A stretch of DNA of 64,000 bases from Tubiluchus corallicola. Taxonomy: Eukaryota; Animalia; Priapulida. Shown here in pieces: positions 62,601 to 64,000 of this stretch. The notes beneath the pieces are model-generated. The model saw only the letters and a program-made list of their open reading frames with translations, made no database searches and was not told the origin of the DNA. Made by a program: the position numbers and the translations under genes. The DNA is taken from positions 186,001-250,000 of the forward strand of contig JAQGDQ010000141.1 in assembly GCA_030141605.1 (NCBI GenBank), given 5' to 3'. How positions within the stretch are numbered: the stretch's first letter is position 1; the number at the start of each line of letters is the position of its first letter.

Positions 62601-63151
62601 TCGTGCTAGCTTTTTTCAGTATATGTACTAACAAGTTCTGACCGGTGGTTACCATTTCGTCAGCAACGAGAATGTTTGTATTAGCTTTACTACGCAACTA
62701 GTAAATGCTGCCGGAATACACGTCTCATAAAGCATCGCATTTCCAGCTTTTTTGGCTTTATGAAATCATGCTCTGTTGCTTTTTGTTCACCTAGTTTATT
62801 GAACTACTCTGCATTTCTTCATAATATCTTCTATTAACATTTTTCCTTCATGGTGATGGCTTTTTAATTAGATTTTTTTCTAGTAGTTAGCATTCTTTGG
62901 CTTTGATTTTCCCGTTACTACTTTGCCTACCCGTTATGGTTTTATTTGGCTTTGTATTTGTAACACATTTTGTACTTCCAGCAACATGAATTTAGCGTAA
63001 ATCGTGTTTGATTTTATTTGCGATTGCGGTGGCGTTCTCATCAACTATTTGTTATAGTCTGCCTTTCCTCTTAGATATAAGCGATGAGCAGAGCTTTGTA
63101 ATGGACATTGACGAAATTGCTGATGAAGTTGAAGAAATGCAGGTGTGTTAG
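32190..63151 (+). CDS. PRKAG2: 5'-AMP-activated protein kinase gamma subunit (four CBS domains plus long Ser/Arg-rich N-terminal extension); spliced gene span; 5' start uncertain (candidate first exons 25674, 37282, 45248)
   Basis: Exons 32190-32678, 35669-35714, 52366-52484, 56811-56865, 58165-58305, 59334-59440, 60128-60225, 60344-60470, 60619-60699, 61170-61292, 61436-61582, 62226-62337/62357 and 63075-63151 all have AG/GT borders and matching phases. The translation contains AMPK-gamma hallmarks [83 protein letters not shown] and SLSDIL. The symbol is the nearest vertebrate-style name; this is probably the single invertebrate SNF4Agamma-type gene. Confidence 0.93.
32716..33352. mobile_element. 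hAT (Ac-like) MITE just inside the intron
   Basis: tagggatgtcacca ... tggtgtcccta termini; TSD gtggtttc / gtgatttc (7 of 8); repeated gattcggatt subterminal motifs. Confidence 0.75.
35669..35714 (+). CDS. PRKAG2: 46-nt AMPK-gamma exon ([16 protein letters not shown])
   Basis: ttttgtag| acceptor and ATAG|gtaagt donor; converts phase 0 to phase 1, exactly bridging 32678 to 52366. Confidence 0.68.
35790..36195. mobile_element. hAT-like MITE, degenerate
   Basis: cagggttcccat ... gtaggaaccgtg imperfect TIRs and repeated ggtcatggaaa-type subterminal motifs; TSD not clear. Confidence 0.55.
37141..37158 (-). promoter_or_regulatory. CTCF-like motif
   Basis: Minus strand reads CGCCACTAGATGGCAGCA, close to the CTCF core consensus; about 125 bp upstream of a candidate first exon. 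Confidence 0.45.
37282..37336 (+). CDS. PRKAG2: Candidate alternative first coding exon ([19 protein letters not shown])
   Basis: ATG with an in-frame TGA two codons upstream; 18 codons plus 1 nt to TTAG|gtaaaa (phase 1), matching the acceptor at 52366. Confidence 0.5.
38943..39575 (-). mobile_element. Kolobok-like family B, inverted copy with one end lost
   Basis: Begins ttaaagcacaaggaaaccctcc, the reverse complement of the right end of 30520-31113; homology runs to about ttttttaaggcga. Confidence 0.75.
40815..41337. mobile_element. Kolobok-like MITE (third family)
   Basis: ttaa-aggaaag ... ctttcct-ttaa; internal tgacgtaa and tgacgtca motifs. Confidence 0.6.
44855..44970 (+). promoter_or_regulatory. 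Putative internal promoter: TATA-like box with CLEAR/E-box cluster
   Basis: TATAAAA 44879-85, GTCACGTGAT 44915-24, perfect GTCACGTGAC 44956-65 and ggtcacgtac near 44859, in a CpG-rich patch about 300 bp upstream of ATG 45248. Confidence 0.55.
45248..45680 (+). CDS. PRKAG2: Alternative first coding exon of AMPK-gamma ([11 protein letters not shown]...SSEKKHI-G)
   Basis: aaaATG, 144 open codons plus 1 nt, GC-rich and Ser/Arg-rich; ATAG|gtaaca donor in phase 1 with 52366. No strong upstream acceptor, only a weak cctctag near 45278. Confidence 0.75.
47128..47375. repeat. Diverged ~130-bp tandem duplication
   Basis: tttttgtttcacacacaattc ... aagttatgttattt occurs twice. Confidence 0.65.
50134..51351. 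repeat. 46-47-bp minisatellite, about 26 copies
   Basis: Unit gcagtagaaaatgtgaatcttgataaagcttaaactcagtaatactt, highly homogeneous. Confidence 0.97.
51842..51875 (-). ncRNA. Degenerate minimal hammerhead-ribozyme-like motif (Penelope-like element type)
   Basis: Minus strand reads ccCTGGAGA-agatcc-gtct-ggacc-GAAAC-CG-GTC, followed about 45 nt later by AATAAA. The core has CUGGAGA instead of CUGAnGA. Confidence 0.4.
52366..52484 (+). CDS. PRKAG2: AMPK-gamma common exon ([25 protein letters not shown]...SPNGNR)
   Basis: tttcag| acceptor (phase 1), AGG|gtaagt donor (phase 0), open frame. Confidence 0.82.
52880..53259. mobile_element. MITE with bipartite inverted repeats, superfamily unassigned
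   Basis: agccttttcacagtt / aactatgaaaaggct (14 of 15) plus internal ggtcagaggttaagtgtacca / tggtacacttaacctttgacc (20 of 21). Confidence 0.7.
54150..54331. mobile_element. Small palindromic MITE (PIF/Harbinger-like termini)
   Basis: tgttcacatttac (54154-66) / gtaaatgtgaaca (54315-27) perfect 13-bp inverted repeat, with further paired acttgc / gcaagt blocks. Confidence 0.55.
55385..55640. repeat. Compound (GA)n/(CA)n/(CACT)n microsatellite
   Basis: Direct reading of the sequence. Confidence 0.9.
56355..56550. repeat. Diverged ~108-bp tandem duplication
   Basis: aaaattgactgtaaaacgcta ... gtaatcgtaatt occurs twice. Confidence 0.7.
56811..56865 (+). CDS. PRKAG2: AMPK-gamma exon preceding CBS1 ([19 protein letters not shown])
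   Basis: tttttttgtttcag| acceptor and A|gtaagt donor; phase 0 to 1 bridges 52484 to 58165. Confidence 0.85.
58165..58305 (+). CDS. PRKAG2: AMPK-gamma exon, start of CBS1
   Basis: [47 protein letters not shown]; ttttag| and G|gtaagt. Confidence 0.96.
58351..58880. mobile_element. hAT (Charlie-like) MITE in intron
   Basis: catgtattcccaacc ... gattgggaaccactg termini; perfect 8-bp TSD gtatatag (58343-50, 58881-88); ggggtcgcaacccc motif. Confidence 0.88.
58989..59263. mobile_element. Degenerate hAT (Charlie-like) MITE
   Basis: cattggtc ... aaaaaggtttcaaaccattg; TSD tcgtagag / ttgtagag (7 of 8). Confidence 0.55.
59334..59440 (+). CDS. PRKAG2: AMPK-gamma exon, CBS1
   Basis: [36 protein letters not shown]; ttttcag| and |gtgagt. 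Confidence 0.96.
60128..60225 (+). CDS. PRKAG2: AMPK-gamma exon, CBS1-CBS2 linker
   Basis: [33 protein letters not shown]; tgtttag| and AG|gtaatt. Confidence 0.95.
60344..60470 (+). CDS. PRKAG2: AMPK-gamma exon, CBS2
   Basis: [42 protein letters not shown]; tttgcag| and |gtaagc. Confidence 0.96.
60619..60699 (+). CDS. PRKAG2: AMPK-gamma exon, CBS2-CBS3 linker
   Basis: [27 protein letters not shown]; tttgtag| and |gtaagt. Confidence 0.95.
60773..61072. mobile_element. Tigger-like MITE in intron
   Basis: ta-caggtagtggtctactt ... aagtcggatgaccacctg-ta; imperfect TIRs flanked by TA. Confidence 0.7.
61170..61292 (+). CDS. PRKAG2: AMPK-gamma exon, CBS3
   Basis: [41 protein letters not shown]; tttttcag| and |gtaagt. 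Confidence 0.96.
61436..61582 (+). CDS. PRKAG2: AMPK-gamma exon, CBS3-CBS4
   Basis: [49 protein letters not shown]; tttttctag| and GAG|gtaatt. Confidence 0.96.
61615..62106. repeat. Compound pentanucleotide microsatellite (TTGTA)~50 then (TTATA)~48
   Basis: Direct reading; sharp switch near 61865. Confidence 0.97.
62226..62357 (+). CDS. PRKAG2: AMPK-gamma exon, CBS4 and short C-terminus (internal donor after 62337)
   Basis: [43 protein letters not shown]; tttacag| acceptor; AAAG|gtaaca possible donor. Confidence 0.94.
   Translation, partial: VHRLIIVDKEGHLQGVLSLSDILRQLILKPMDDEAKKGNTDTG
63075..63151 (+). CDS. PRKAG2: Probable terminal exon with acidic tail ([25 protein letters not shown])
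   Basis: Strong acceptor cctttcctcttag|, phase 1 matching the donor at 62337, open to TAG; AATAAA at about 63166, 63488 and 63729. Confidence 0.7.
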
Positions 63152-64000
63152 CAACAAGGTGTGTAAATAAAGCCTACACCTCTGTCACCCACAGGTCAAG
63201 AGTGCGTAACAACCTCCTTGCTTTTATACTAGAAGAAATTAAAAGTCTGGAAATATGATTAGCTTTGTTTTTAACTCGTACAAACCCAACAATGCTTGAT
63301 GTAGAGGGATTTTTGGTCAGCTAATTTTTGTCGCTTTCTAGCACTTCCTGTGTGCTAATTTCTAATTACACCTGTTAAGTTGTCATGTTTGTTCTATTAA
63401 CTATGCTATTATATGCTGTGTTCATTGTATGGCATTTGTTACTACAATATTGACCTGTTTCGAAACGTTTTGTCATTGCCTCCATGCAATAAATCACAGA
63501 TGGAAGCAAAAGTTTTACAAAGGGTTTGAGTAGTAAAAATCTGATGCAATTTTCTTGGTTGTCACTGTGGTTCAGTAACTCTGTTGTTTCTTTGATTGTT
63601 AAAACTGCAATTGCTAACATGTATTTTATTCTCTGCCACGTGGAGCTTATAAAATTTCTACTTTTTCCACCAGTTTGACCTTTGCAACAGCTCCTTTGCT
63701 GCTACTCCGTATTTACAAAACATTTTGAAATAAAACTTGTGCATTGATATTTGATACTGCTGTGTTCGAACTAAAATAACAATTGCTTATACTGTACTAC
63801 ATTTGTATTTTGATAAATATACTACTAGCGTTCTGTTTTCACCCTTTTGTAGATACATTCTATGTTGTATAGCCTTGCAAGTTGTATGACATTGTACAAA
63901 GTTTATCCCACATATTTTGCATTTATACGTAACCGTATAAGAACGTCATGAAAAACCTGAGGAATTGAATTGTAAATACGGGTTGAGGTTTTCGATTTTG

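Noticed and set aside
1-64000. A new multi-gene or prokaryote-style system
   Set aside because: Only one protein-coding gene and a transposase remnant are supportable. No tRNA, rRNA, intact transposase or unexplained long ORF was seen by eye.

Overview
AT-rich animal genomic DNA (GT-AG introns, microsatellites, many small DNA transposons), probably an invertebrate; the species cannot be named from this window. One large + strand gene dominates: the AMP-activated protein kinase gamma subunit (PRKAG2 / SNF4Agamma-like). Eight exons at 58165-62357 splice in phase into four CBS domains with all four nucleotide-site motifs. Upstream, phase-compatible exons at 32190, 35669, 52366 and 56811 add a long Ser/Arg-rich N-terminal extension. 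Candidate alternative first exons lie at 25674, 37282 and 45248, and there is an alternative acidic last exon at 63075. The rest is non-coding: TTAA-flanked Kolobok-like elements (two multi-copy families), hAT and Tc1/pogo MITEs with visible target-site duplications, an internally deleted pogo nested in a Kolobok-like copy, four minisatellites, and a degenerate Penelope-type hammerhead motif. I found no convincing new biological system. The best leads are the multi-promoter, alternative-C-terminus architecture of AMPK-gamma, its repeated RxRxxS motifs, and the CLEAR/E-box internal promoter. All exon calls are manual and need RNA support.
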